DNA from: Candidatus Cloacimonadales bacterium
GTDB taxonomy: Bacteria > Cloacimonadota > Cloacimonadia > Cloacimonadales > JAFGVF01
NCBI GenBank assembly: GCA_963667035.1
Contig: OY762964.1
Location: 128,001-192,000, forward strand
Length of the DNA: 64,000 nt
Reading direction: 5' to 3'
A model generated the notes under the pieces. The model did not search any database, had not been told where the DNA came from, and saw nothing but the letters and a program-made list of their open reading frames with translations. Position numbers and translations under genes: made by a program. The first letter of the stretch is position 1. Each line of letters starts with the position of its first letter. Positions 28,714 through 40,610 of this stretch are shown piece after piece.

Positions 28714-28733
28714 GATTCAGACTGGATATTCGA

Positions 28734-29155
28734 CCCCTTTAGGGTCGGTGTTTATTGGGTATCCGCTACCATGGGTTAAAACCCATGGCTATTAATAGGC
28801 TATCCCTTCAGGATAAATAACAAGGATTCAAAAGTATAAGAACCATAGCTACTATCAGGTTTTACCTTCAGGATTGTGATATTAGTACTGCAACTCCCCT
28901 GAGTTGCTGTGACGACGAAGTCGGCAGATATAAAAGTTCAGTTAATCAACTAAAGAATATTTGGAAAGGGATATAGCTCTGCGAGCTATGTGCAAGTGGG
29001 TGCTTGCACTACAAACCGGGACCGCCGGCTTCTAGCCGGCAACTCTTTGCGAACAGGATGTTGGTGTTCCTACAAGATGCGAGCTGGAAGCTCGCGTACC
29101 CGGTAAGATGTCTGCGTTCCGGCAAGATGCGAGCAGGATGCTCGCGTACCCGGTA
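28734..29155. repeat. Composite repeat block 2 (includes multi-hairpin copy D at 28973-29155)
   Basis: Direct repeat of 27187-27544 with an internal partial duplication. Confidence 0.9.
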
Positions 29156-29233
29156 GGATGGAGATATTTGTACTGCAATTAATTCATAAGTTATTAATCA
29201 AACAGTAATAAAAAATTTGACCTCCCACATGCC

Positions 29234-29272
29234 TTAACATAGAATTAACTAAATCTTAATTGCCAATTAACA
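29234..29272 (+). promoter_or_regulatory. Pho-box-like direct repeats upstream of phoP/phoB
   Basis: TTAACA, TTAACT, TTAATT, TTAACA at 29234, 29245, 29256, 29267 (exact 11-bp spacing), matching the TT(A/T/C)ACA PhoP consensus. Confidence 0.75.
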
Positions 29273-29320
29273 GCTGATTAGTATTTTTAACTGAAAAGAC
29301 TAAAACAAAGCGGTAGGAAT

Positions 29321-30016
29321 ATGGAAAACAAAAAACTAATATTCATTGTTGAGGATGAGGAAGATATCAGAGAATTGATATCATTACATTTGCAGGATGC
29401 CGGATTCCAGACCGAAGGGTTTGAAACCGGAAAAGAGATGTTTGCAAGACTTGAAGATGATATGCCTGACCTCTTAATGTTGGATTTAATGCTACCCGAT
29501 ATGGATGGAATGGACATTTGCCGCCATATTCGTCAATCCGGTAAATACGAACAGTTACCAATCATTATGCTTACTGCAAGAACCGATATTACTGATAAAG
29601 TTATGGGACTTGAGTTTGGAGCTGATGATTATTTAACCAAACCTTTCTCACACAAAGAGCTATTGGCAAGAATTAAAGCTATTCTGAGAAGAACAAAGCA
29701 CGTTCCTAAGAAAAGTATTTCGGAAGACATTCTTAAAATGGACAAGAACAGATTTGAAGTTTATGTACATGGCGAGAAAATCGACTTAACAACAACAGAA
29801 TTCAAGATACTGGAACTGCTTTTATCAAGACCGGGTTGGGTATTCTCTCGTGAAAAGATTTTAGATTTTCTGTGGGGAACCGATAAGATAGTTATCGATA
29901 GAACAGTCGATGTGCATATACGCCATTTAAGACAGAAAATGGGCGAGTTGAGTTCAAATATCAAAAATGTTAGAGGGATTGGTTACAAATATGACCCTGA
30001 GAAAACTGTCGATTAG
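29321..30016 (+). CDS. phoP: OmpR/PhoB-family response regulator (PhoP/PhoB-like)
   Basis: REC domain (VEDE, LDLMLP, GADDYLTKPF) plus winged helix (RTVDVHIRHLR, VRGIGY); upstream of a PhoR-like kinase. Confidence 0.8.
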   Translation: MENKKLIFIVEDEEDIRELISLHLQDAGFQTEGFETGKEMFARLEDDMPDLLMLDLMLPDMDGMDICRHIRQSGKYEQLPIIMLTARTDITDKVMGLEFGADDYLTKPFSHKELLARIKAILRRTKHVPKKSISEDILKMDKNRFEVYVHGEKIDLTTTEFKILELLLSRPGWVFSREKILDFLWGTDKIVIDRTVDVHIRHLRQKMGELSSNIKNVRGIGYKYDPEKTVD

Positions 30017-31709
30017 AAACAAAATATTCATAAGCTATCTCTTTATTGCTTTAATACTGTCGGTTCTGGTAGTTATTATCGGAAGTAACATACTCAACAG
30101 TAATTACATCGATATTCTGACAGAAGAGCTCAACGAGCAGAATAAACAAGTTGAGAAGATTATTCTTACGAATAGAGATGATATTGATAAAGAATTGCAG
30201 AATATCTCTAATGTTATATCCAAACGTATTACCGTTATTGATGAGAAAGGTATAGTAACTTTTGACTCCTTTGCCGACGAAGAAAAGCTTGATAATCATC
30301 TGAGTAGACCGGAGATAAAAGAAGCCTTAACCTCAGATTACGGTATTTCTATTCGGTTTAGCGATTCTGTAGGTTTCAATATGCTTTATCTGGCAAGAAG
30401 CATAAATCATCCTTTGGGAAAATACTTGAGAATTAGTGTTCCCTTAAGAGATCTAGACTCAATTCAACATAACTTTCAGATGGGTATTTTGGAAACTCTT
30501 TCCATTATCTTCTTAATAATCCTAATACTTTCATACATACTTTCAAGTCGATTCTATAAGCCTTTAAAAGAGCTAACGGAGGCTTCTAACAAAGTGGCTG
30601 AAGGCGATATGAATGTTGAAGTGCATTTTCTAACCGGAGATGAATTTGAAACCGTTGGGAATAGCTTCAATAAGATGATAAACGAAGTTAAGAGTAATGT
30701 ATATTCTATAGAGCAACAGAAAGCCGAGTTAAGCGGTATTATTACTTCATTATCAGAATGCCTTTGGGTTATTAACAAAACAGGTAAAATAGTCATTAGC
30801 AATCCTTCCTGTCAAAGAGTGTTAAAACTGTCTACAAATTCATCTGAAGGGTACTGGCATCAGATTAAAGATGCTATGATTCTGGATATGATTGGTGAAA
30901 CGCTTAATAAAAAGACAAATATAATTAAACCAATAACCCTGAATAATCAGGATTATATCTTTAGCTCATCTTATTTACATAAATATGAAAGAGCTATCTT
31001 TATTATGCAGGACGTTTCGGAAATCAAGCATGTTGAAAGAATGAAGCAAGATTTCATAGTTAATATGGCTCATGAGTTAAGAACTCCCATAACAGCTATT
31101 AAGGGGTTTGCGGAAATGCTCGAAGCTTCTGTGCCTGAAGAAAAGAAGAGATTTCTTAAGATAATAAGAAACCATTCCGACAGACTCGCTAATCTTGTGG
31201 AAGATATTCAAGTCTTGATTAACCTCGAACAGATGGGAAAACTTAATCTCGAGCAGGTAAAGCTTAAGAAGTTTGCAGATAACATCAAACAGCTTTACGA
31301 ACACAAGACATCTTCATCAACAGTAGACTTGATAGTCGAGGTTGATGAATCAATCGATGATTTCTACGGTGATATATATAAGCTTGATCAGATATTTATA
31401 AATCTGATTGATAATGCCATGCGTTATACAACTGAAGGCTTTATAAAGCTTACAATCAATAAAGAAGAATCTCTTGTAGTGTTTAGAGTTATCGACACAG
31501 GATGCGGTATTGAATCAAAGCATCTTGAAAGGCTATTCGAGAGATTCTATGTAGCCGATAAAGCCAGAAGTAGAAAGATGGGTGGAACAGGATTAGGTCT
31601 AGCTATTGTTAAGCACATTGTAATGCTTCATAATGGCTCGGTTAATGTTGCCAGTACTTTAGGAAAAGGCACTACGTTCACTATAAAGATACCGACTAAT
31701 TTGAAATGA
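29991..31709 (+). CDS. phoR: PhoR-like sensor histidine kinase (HAMP, PAS, HisKA, HATPase)
   Basis: NHLSRPEI..A periplasmic motif, AHELRTP, NLIDNA, FERFY..DKARSR..GGTGLGLAIVKH. Confidence 0.85.
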   Translation: MTLRKLSIRNKIFISYLFIALILSVLVVIIGSNILNSNYIDILTEELNEQNKQVEKIILTNRDDIDKELQNISNVISKRITVIDEKGIVTFDSFADEEKLDNHLSRPEIKEALTSDYGISIRFSDSVGFNMLYLARSINHPLGKYLRISVPLRDLDSIQHNFQMGILETLSIIFLIILILSYILSSRFYKPLKELTEASNKVAEGDMNVEVHFLTGDEFETVGNSFNKMINEVKSNVYSIEQQKAELSGIITSLSECLWVINKTGKIVISNPSCQRVLKLSTNSSEGYWHQIKDAMILDMIGETLNKKTNIIKPITLNNQDYIFSSSYLHKYERAIFIMQDVSEIKHVERMKQDFIVNMAHELRTPITAIKGFAEMLEASVPEEKKRFLKIIRNHSDRLANLVEDIQVLINLEQMGKLNLEQVKLKKFADNIKQLYEHKTSSSTVDLIVEVDESIDDFYGDIYKLDQIFINLIDNAMRYTTEGFIKLTINKEESLVVFRVIDTGCGIESKHLERLFERFYVADKARSRKMGGTGLGLAIVKHIVMLHNGSVNVASTLGKGTTFTIKIPTNLK

Positions 31710-32200
31710 GTTCCGAGAAGTTAATAACTAATTATTTACCGTTAGTAAGAAAGATTGCATCTCAATATAAGGATTATGGGATGCCTTATGAAGATCTTGT
31801 CCAAGAAGGACTGATAGGTCTTATGGAAGCTCAGAATTCTTTTAGAGAAGAAGAGAAAACACCCTTTGGTGCGTATGCAATTTTTTGGATAAAGAAATAT
31901 ATTTTAGCTGCGTTGGATTTGGAAACAAACACCTCATTCAACGCAGTTGAAATAAATGATAATTACACAAAACAGGAAGATATTCAAGAGATAGAAGAAG
32001 TTTCCAGCTTACCTGATAACTTCTTTCCTACTGAATTCCCCGAAATAGAAAAGAAAGTATTAACTGCATCTTACTTCCAATCTAAAACATTGCAAGAGAT
32101 TGCTGATAATTTAGGTTTATCTAGAGAGAGAATAAGACAGATAAAAGCAAAAGCTCTAAGACGAGTAAAATCTCTTAATCTTATTTTACCTAAAGATTAA
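31706..32200 (+). CDS. Compact sigma-70 family factor (regions 2 and 4 only)
   Basis: EDLVQEGLIGL..A...F...YA.FWIK and TLQEIA..LGLSRERIRQI..KAL; ATGA overlap with phoR. Confidence 0.85.
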   Translation: MSSEKLITNYLPLVRKIASQYKDYGMPYEDLVQEGLIGLMEAQNSFREEEKTPFGAYAIFWIKKYILAALDLETNTSFNAVEINDNYTKQEDIQEIEEVSSLPDNFFPTEFPEIEKKVLTASYFQSKTLQEIADNLGLSRERIRQIKAKALRRVKSLNLILPKD

Positions 32201-32429
32201 TCATAAGCCACTTTTTTACTCAGTTTAAATTTATCCCTCACAACTGAGTAATCAGTTATTTTTAAAGCTACTCATTGACTTACGCTGTAACTATATAAAT
32301 ACAAATTAATTAACAAACTGTTAGTATCATAAGTTAAAAGCATAAAAGACGCAATTTTCCTCAAAAAAGTATTGCCAACTTTTCGCATAGACATAAAAAA
32401 AAGCTTAGCTACATGAGAGGAGATTTTCA

Positions 32430-33470
32430 ATGAGACCCGTTTATTTTGTAATCGGTAACAATCGATTCTTTGGACAAGGTAGAAAACCATGGGATCCAAT
32501 TGATATGTCAATTGTTGAGCGAATCCTGAACGAGCATAGTATTAAGTGCATATTGAAAAGCTATCATGAGATCATTAATGGTGAACCTATCGACAAATCT
32601 ATTCCTGTAATATATTCATTCAGTCAGAGAGAGGAAGTGAGAGAGTATATTAAGGATATGGTTGCTTACCTAACAAGTGAAGGCTACAATGTAATCCCAT
32701 CATCAGAGTTGTTATATTGCCATGAGAATAAAGGTTTTCAGGAACTAGTAAAGAAAAAGTATGATATTCGAGATTTGAAAGCCTACTATTTCTGTGAAAT
32801 AGAAGAAATAGAACATTACAACTTAAAATACCCCCTAGTGTTAAAAAGACTTGATGGCTCTAATGGCAAAGGAGTTTTCCTAATAGAAGATGAAAAGACG
32901 CTTGTCAAACAGGTTAATAGTTTTACCAGTTCCTATACAGGAAATCAAAGAATAGACTTGTTAAGAAGAAAGTATCTTAGAGGAAACAAAGCATACAAAG
33001 AATATCCGAACTATTCCAACTCGAAAGATTATATACATTATAGGAAGCATATTCAGTCGCATAAGAGGTTTGTAATACAGGAATTCATAGAAGGACTAGA
33101 CCATGATTATAGGGTACTTAAGGCAGGAGAAAGATTCTATATAACAAAGCGTCATACAAAGAAAGGCTGTTTCAAGGCAAGCGGAACCAAAATGTTTGAT
33201 TTTGAAATAGAAAATCCATTACCCATACTTGAATATGCTAAAAATATTTCAGATAAAATTAAAGCTCCTTTCTTATCTATGGATATATGTATTAAGAATA
33301 AGGAATTCTATCTCCTTGAATTTCAGGGTTTACACTTTGGTATGAATGTTGTTGTTAAAAGTAAAGGTTACTATAAATACAATGATAATACTTTCAACTT
33401 CATTAAGTGTAAATCGACTCCGGAAGAAGCTATAGGATATGGAGTAGCATATTATCTGGAGAATAATTAA
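32430..33470 (+). CDS. RimK-like ATP-grasp protein
   Basis: YPLVLK...GSNGKGVFLI, IQEFI...HDYRV, SMD....LLEFQ. Confidence 0.75.
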   Translation: MRPVYFVIGNNRFFGQGRKPWDPIDMSIVERILNEHSIKCILKSYHEIINGEPIDKSIPVIYSFSQREEVREYIKDMVAYLTSEGYNVIPSSELLYCHENKGFQELVKKKYDIRDLKAYYFCEIEEIEHYNLKYPLVLKRLDGSNGKGVFLIEDEKTLVKQVNSFTSSYTGNQRIDLLRRKYLRGNKAYKEYPNYSNSKDYIHYRKHIQSHKRFVIQEFIEGLDHDYRVLKAGERFYITKRHTKKGCFKASGTKMFDFEIENPLPILEYAKNISDKIKAPFLSMDICIKNKEFYLLEFQGLHFGMNVVVKSKGYYKYNDNTFNFIKCKSTPEEAIGYGVAYYLENN

Positions 33471-33477
33471 TCTACTG

Positions 33478-34350
33478 TTACTTTGTTGTAACAGCTATAA
33501 TATAATCTCCTGCAGCTAGTCTGTCCTTTATCTCATGTTGCTCTTTAGGGATAAGCTGTGAGCTAATGACAATAATCTTTAGTTCCGGCATCAATAATTT
33601 GAGCTTTTGAGCAGTACCAAGATGACTGTTTGAATGAAAGTCTCCATTGTAGTGGATTACTTTTGTTCCTTTATTGCTCTTGATGTAGTTTGCTATAGAT
33701 TCAGCCATAGTGTCATCTTTTAGACATTGAGCAGCATAGATATTATCATAAGTTACAGATGTATTGGAGTGCATAGCTGTACCCATATTCATCTTCATAA
33801 CTTTAATGAAACGTTCTCTATATTCTCCATCATTGATTTTTATATCCTTAGCTACAAACTCTTTTTCTGCTTCAGGTATTGTCTCCAAGAACTCTACACC
33901 TAGTTTATTCACACTTGAAGCATAATGTCTGGGAACATTAGCGGCTATTATTGGAAGTCGGTTGAGCTTTGCAAATTCCACTATAGGTGAGTAATCTTGT
34001 TTGTAGTTTGACCAAGGACGTGAATTCCCTATAAATTGCTTCTCCGTAATCATGGAATCAAGATATTGATCAAGAATATGCTGTACATCTCTTTCGAACA
34101 TTTCCATCGATACACATACATTGGGGTAATGCTTGTAGAACTTTTTTAAAAAGGCAAACTCCATCTTATGAACAATTGAACTATCATGAAACTCTCCGAA
34201 GAATACAACATCCGCATCCTCAATCTCTTTAACAATTCTATTTAAACTTACAGGTTTTCCTGTTTTGCTTGAGTAGTACTTGTAGCTTTTTGCTTCTACA
34301 AAACCTATCATAGAGATTAGTAATGAAACAATTATTAATGATTTATACAT
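33478..34350 (-). CDS. ChaN family (haem-binding uptake / Tiki superfamily) exported protein
   Basis: DVVFFGEFHD, SMEMFERD.Q, AANVPR, D.TMAESI, H.NG.FHS; signal peptide. Confidence 0.85.
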   Translation of the reverse strand: MYKSLIIVSLLISMIGFVEAKSYKYYSSKTGKPVSLNRIVKEIEDADVVFFGEFHDSSIVHKMEFAFLKKFYKHYPNVCVSMEMFERDVQHILDQYLDSMITEKQFIGNSRPWSNYKQDYSPIVEFAKLNRLPIIAANVPRHYASSVNKLGVEFLETIPEAEKEFVAKDIKINDGEYRERFIKVMKMNMGTAMHSNTSVTYDNIYAAQCLKDDTMAESIANYIKSNKGTKVIHYNGDFHSNSHLGTAQKLKLLMPELKIIVISSQLIPKEQHEIKDRLAAGDYIIAVTTK

Positions 34351-34585
34351 AACAACTCCTTAATATCATTTACAAGATACAACAGACGGCTAAAGAATAC
34401 AAGTTTTTTATCTGAAAAATTATCATTAGTTTAAGCAGACTTATCAATATAATTATGGATATTACCTCAGGTTTTGCTTTACTATTTTTATACGTCGATT
34501 AAAATGATTTAAACAGGAAAGATTGGGATTAAGGAAGAATATCCGACTAGTATTAGGTTTATAGATAAGGAAAGGTGTATAAGTA

Positions 34586-37500
34586 ATGCATAGTAAGAGC
34601 AATCCTGTAATCGTTAAAGTATTTGGTTTTATTCTAATATTTATTCTGCTTGTTTCAGTTTGTTTTGCTGATGATATAAACAAAAGAAAGAAGATATTAT
34701 ATATCAATTCTTTTAGCACAAGCTTCCCGACATATCCGGAACATCTTAATGGTTTAAACTCGGTTTTTAGGAAATACAATTATAAAATAGATTATGAGTT
34801 TATGGATGGGAAAAAATTCTTGTCTGAAGATATAAAAGCAAGTACACATGATTTCCTTCTAAATAAAATTGCAAAGCTAGAATCCTATGATTTGATAATG
34901 GTCTCGGATGATCCTGCATTTGATTTCATTCTTGAGAATAAGGTGTCTTTTTCAAAAACTCCTATTATTTTCTTTTCCGTTAACAATAGGGATGAGGCAC
35001 TAGAGCTTGCCAAGTCACCAATTATAACCGGAGTGACAGAGAGGGTATCAAGCTTTAAGACATTAAGCTTGATACAAAAATTAAGACCACAATTAAAAAA
35101 TATATATATTATTATTGATGAACCTGATATTAAATTTGTGTCTAATAAAAGAGTATCTGATGAATTAGACAAGCTGGATTACAATAGAGTTATTATCAGA
35201 ACTGATAAATATACCCATAAAGAGCTGGGAGAACAGATTGGTCAGATTAATCCTAATGATGCAATAGTCTTTGTTTCAGCCTATCAAAGTAAAGATCATG
35301 TGATTCAAGATTTTAAAAATAGCCAGGATATAGTTATTAAGAATGCCAAAGCTCCTATATTTCATTTATGGGAACACGGAATAGGGAATGGGTTTCTAGG
35401 TGGATATGTTCTTTCTCATTATGACCAAGCTCAGAAGGCAGCCAATTTAGCAATAAGAATGCTAAATAACAAAGAAGTTAATATACCGGTGATTGATACT
35501 GAATCCAGTAATTATTGTCTAATGGATTATCAATTACTACATAAATACAAGATTGATGAATCAAAACTGCCTCCTAATGTCAGATATGTAAATATGCCAG
35601 AGACTGTTTGGAGCCAATTTGGACTTGAGATGGTAATAATCATTGTTCTTGTCGTAGTTGAGTTCTTGATTTTAGTCTTGTTATGGTATCTTTATCATCA
35701 AAGAAAGAAGTATTTGTTAAAGCTTAAGCAGAATGAGGAGAAGCTGAGAATTACTCTCCAATCAATATGTGACGGTGTTATAGCTACTGATACTTCAGGC
35801 AACATCATAATGATTAATGCTGCTGCAGAGAAACTTACGGGATGGAGCAGAAAAGAAGCTGAAGGAAAAAATATCTCGGAAGTTGCAGTAACTATAGATT
35901 CTGAAACAGGGAAACCTTTGGAGAGTCCTGTGTTTAAAGTTCTCTCGGTTAAGAGCGTTATAGGCTCATCTCCTAACACGAAACTAATCTCAAAAACGGG
36001 AGAAGAATTTCTCATTACTGATAAAGCATCACCAATATTGAACTCTTCAGGAGAAACAGAGGGTGTTGTAATGGTGTTCCAAGATTCTACCATTAAGAGA
36101 CATCAGGAAAAACTACTGAAGGAAAGTGAAGAACAGCTTAACATGTTTTTTAATCAGTCTCTTTCTGCATTCTTTCTTTTGGAATTAAAGGAACCGATTG
36201 AAATGGGAGATAAGATTACTATGGGTAAAATTGATTATATTGTAGAGAATCTTACGTTTTCCAAAGTAAATGCTGCTCTTATGAAGATGTATGGTTTGGA
36301 ATCAATGGAGGTGCTCGGGAAAAAATTCAGAGATATTAGGAATTACTATGTGGATAGAAAGGATATACTTATAGAAATAATCAGGAAAGGAAGTTTATCA
36401 CGGATTACTATAGAGCATAATAAGCAGGGTAATACATTATGGGTTCATGGTTACTATTCGTTGATTAAAGACCAACATGGACGTATTGCAGGACTGTTTG
36501 GTACACAATATGATGTTACAGAAAAATACATAAAAGAGCAAAAGATAAAATCTCTTCTTGAGTTACGTAACGGAATACTTGATAACATAATGAGCAGTGC
36601 TGTAGTAAAGGATGTTGATAATGATTTCAGGATTTTGCATTGGAATAAATACATAGAAGATTTTACCGGAATATCTGCGGAAGATGCTATAGGTAAGACC
36701 GATTTCGATGTATATTCCAAAGAAATAGCCCGGAAGAGTCGAGAAATGGATATCGAGGTTTCTAAATTAGCTAATGGTCAAGTCTCTTATGAAACACAGC
36801 TTGCTAATATAAGAGGAGAAACTAAGTACTTTAAAATAGTTAAAACAATAATTCCAAGACAAAATTCTTCAAGATTATTGTTAAGCTTTGCATTTGATAT
36901 TGATGATTTAAAGAGAGCTCAAAATGAGCTTATCGTAGCTAAAGAGAAAGCAGAAACCGCTGATAAACTGAAATCGGCATTCTTAGCAAATATGAGTCAT
37001 GAGATAAGAACTCCTTTAAACAGTATTGTTGGATTTGCTTATTTATTATCTGTAAGCGAGAATCAGACTGAATCAGAAGAGTTCTATGATGTTATAAGCA
37101 ATAGTACTGAACTTCTTTTAACACTGATTAATGATATTGTTGATTATTCTAAGATAGAGTCGGGAGATTTGGCTCTCGTTCAAGAGAACTGCAATATCCA
37201 TGAAGTGCTTACGCATTGTTTACAAACAATTCGTTCCGGTGTTAATAATGATATTGATGTTTTGCTGGACTTAGAATCCGAAGAACCTGTTTATATTACA
37301 ACGGATTCCCAGAGATTACAACAAATTCTATTAAACCTTCTTACTAACTCGGTCAAATATACTCATAAGGGATATATAAAACTAGGATATAAATCAGACT
37401 CAGATTTTATTTCTTTCTATGTCGAAGATACGGGGTGCGGAATTGAGCAAGAACATCACGAAAAAATCTTTGAGAGATTCTTCAAGATAGATGAGTTTAA

Positions 37501-38047
37501 ACAAGGTACGGGGTTGGGGCTTTCAATCTGTAAACTACTGATCGATGCATTTGGAGGTAAAATTTGGCTTAAATCTGAAATTGGGAAGGGTTCAACCTTT
37601 TTCTTTACAATCCCTAATTCTACAGCAGAGAAACCTTCTGAAACTAAAATGGATTTCAGTACTTATATTCCCATACCTATTCGATCTAAAGATAGAAAAA
37701 CTCTCCTGATAGCTGAAGATACAGAAAGTAATTATCAACTACTGGAAAGTGCCCTAACAAAGTCCTATCACTTGTTACATGCTACTAATGGAAAGGAAGC
37801 GGTTAATATGTTTAAAGAACATAATCCCGATGCAGTTTTGATGGATTTGAAAATGCCGGTACTTGATGGTTTTGGGGCTACGAGGCAGATTCGCGAAATT
37901 AATCGGGACGTTCCAATTATTGCAGTTACAGCTTATGCTTACGACACTGATAAAATTAAAGCTTTTGAAGCGGGCTGTAATGATTACATCCCTAAGCCTA
38001 TTGATGTGAAAATGCTTAGAGGAGTTCTCGGACATCATCTATTCTAA
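34586..38047 (+). CDS. Hybrid sensor histidine kinase (periplasmic binding domain, TM, PAS domains, HisKA, HATPase, REC)
   Basis: FLANMSHEIRTPLN, QGTGLGL, LMDLKMP...DY..KP; PAS motifs DGVIATD..G.I...N.AAE. Confidence 0.92.
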   Translation: MHSKSNPVIVKVFGFILIFILLVSVCFADDINKRKKILYINSFSTSFPTYPEHLNGLNSVFRKYNYKIDYEFMDGKKFLSEDIKASTHDFLLNKIAKLESYDLIMVSDDPAFDFILENKVSFSKTPIIFFSVNNRDEALELAKSPIITGVTERVSSFKTLSLIQKLRPQLKNIYIIIDEPDIKFVSNKRVSDELDKLDYNRVIIRTDKYTHKELGEQIGQINPNDAIVFVSAYQSKDHVIQDFKNSQDIVIKNAKAPIFHLWEHGIGNGFLGGYVLSHYDQAQKAANLAIRMLNNKEVNIPVIDTESSNYCLMDYQLLHKYKIDESKLPPNVRYVNMPETVWSQFGLEMVIIIVLVVVEFLILVLLWYLYHQRKKYLLKLKQNEEKLRITLQSICDGVIATDTSGNIIMINAAAEKLTGWSRKEAEGKNISEVAVTIDSETGKPLESPVFKVLSVKSVIGSSPNTKLISKTGEEFLITDKASPILNSSGETEGVVMVFQDSTIKRHQEKLLKESEEQLNMFFNQSLSAFFLLELKEPIEMGDKITMGKIDYIVENLTFSKVNAALMKMYGLESMEVLGKKFRDIRNYYVDRKDILIEIIRKGSLSRITIEHNKQGNTLWVHGYYSLIKDQHGRIAGLFGTQYDVTEKYIKEQKIKSLLELRNGILDNIMSSAVVKDVDNDFRILHWNKYIEDFTGISAEDAIGKTDFDVYSKEIARKSREMDIEVSKLANGQVSYETQLANIRGETKYFKIVKTIIPRQNSSRLLLSFAFDIDDLKRAQNELIVAKEKAETADKLKSAFLANMSHEIRTPLNSIVGFAYLLSVSENQTESEEFYDVISNSTELLLTLINDIVDYSKIESGDLALVQENCNIHEVLTHCLQTIRSGVNNDIDVLLDLESEEPVYITTDSQRLQQILLNLLTNSVKYTHKGYIKLGYKSDSDFISFYVEDTGCGIEQEHHEKIFERFFKIDEFKQGTGLGLSICKLLIDAFGGKIWLKSEIGKGSTFFFTIPNSTAEKPSETKMDFSTYIPIPIRSKDRKTLLIAEDTESNYQLLESALTKSYHLLHATNGKEAVNMFKEHNPDAVLMDLKMPVLDGFGATRQIREINRDVPIIAVTAYAYDTDKIKAFEAGCNDYIPKPIDVKMLRGVLGHHLF

Positions 38048-38560
38048 ATATTGCTTGGTAACTCTGAACTTGTCCTCTTTGTAACCGTTTGCAACAGCAA
38101 TTGATATGATATACTTTAAGGTCTCCTGATTCATTTCCTGAGACCTACTTAATATCCAGGCATATCTCTGATGCGGTTCGCCTACTAAAGCCCACTCATA
38201 ATTATCATCAATATCAATAATCCAATAATCTCCCCAGAAGATGTTCTTGCCAAATACACGAACAAAGCTTACTTTCAGTTTGGAATTGTCTTTATTTACA
38301 ACTCTGGCTTGTCCCTCTATCTGTTTTAGCTCTCCATTACTCTTCTTGCAACTGTTAATCACTTTGATTTTATCATTTTGTAAGTAGTATTCTGCTGTAG
38401 TATTTGAACTGCAAGCACGTTGAAAAGGATTGGGAGTTCTAGCAACTTCATACCATTTCCCTGCATATCGCTTCAAATCTATATTGCTAGCAGTAGTGAC
38501 CTCCATCGCTAACAAGCATGATAAAGAAACAAGTATGGTAATTATAAATAAATACTTCAT
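38039..38560 (-). CDS. blc: Lipocalin (Blc-like)
   Basis: YAGKWYEVAR, GDYWI..ID..Y, YAWILSR. Confidence 0.88.
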   Translation of the reverse strand: MKYLFIITILVSLSCLLAMEVTTASNIDLKRYAGKWYEVARTPNPFQRACSSNTTAEYYLQNDKIKVINSCKKSNGELKQIEGQARVVNKDNSKLKVSFVRVFGKNIFWGDYWIIDIDDNYEWALVGEPHQRYAWILSRSQEMNQETLKYIISIAVANGYKEDKFRVTKQYLE

Positions 38561-38678
38561 CAACAACCTCCTGAAGATAGATTAATCGTGTTCTACTCTA
38601 TAGCAATCTGTAAACACGAGCGATTATGAAACAAAGGACTAAGCGGACAAGGGATATAGAGTTTAATTAATTTTTTTA

Positions 38679-38731
38679 TTGACATTCGAACTAAATGTTG
38701 CAAATTAGCACTCGTGCTTTAGGTTTGCTAA
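38679..38731 (+). promoter_or_regulatory. Sigma-70 -35 box and CIRCE (HrcA operator) upstream of groEL
   Basis: TTGACA at 38679-38684; TTAGCACTC-N9-GTTTGCTAA at 38705-38731 (two mismatches to CIRCE in the right arm). Confidence 0.85.
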
Positions 38732-38748
38732 GCACATCATTGATATAA

Positions 38749-40419
<1,671 letters not shown>

Positions 40420-40443
40420 TAGAATATCATTGCAATATATTGA

Positions 40444-40474
40444 AGGGTTTACCAATATTGGTAAACCCTCTTTT
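40444..40474 (+). terminator. Terminator after groEL
   Basis: Perfect palindrome AGGGTTTACCAATATTGGTAAACCCT followed by CTTTT. Confidence 0.8.
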
Positions 40475-40610
40475 ACTTTATACTTGCCATTTCCATGAAT
40501 AGAAATAAGCTATCACTATTAAGATGGCGAGTCACACATAAAAGTATCCACCCTAGGAAAGTTAAAGTTTTACCAAGAAAAATACTACGTAAACTATCCC
40601 TCCACCCACA

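Noticed and set aside
26515..29155. CRISPR array
   Set aside because: Repeats are long composite palindromes with irregular spacing and no unique fixed-length spacers; no cas genes in the window.
21100..29220. Insertion sequence, prophage or integron
   Set aside because: No transposase, integrase or phage structural gene, and no convincing attC pattern.
32200..33470. ATP-grasp RiPP (graspetide) cluster
   Set aside because: No precursor peptide ORF, transporter or peptidase is seen adjacent.
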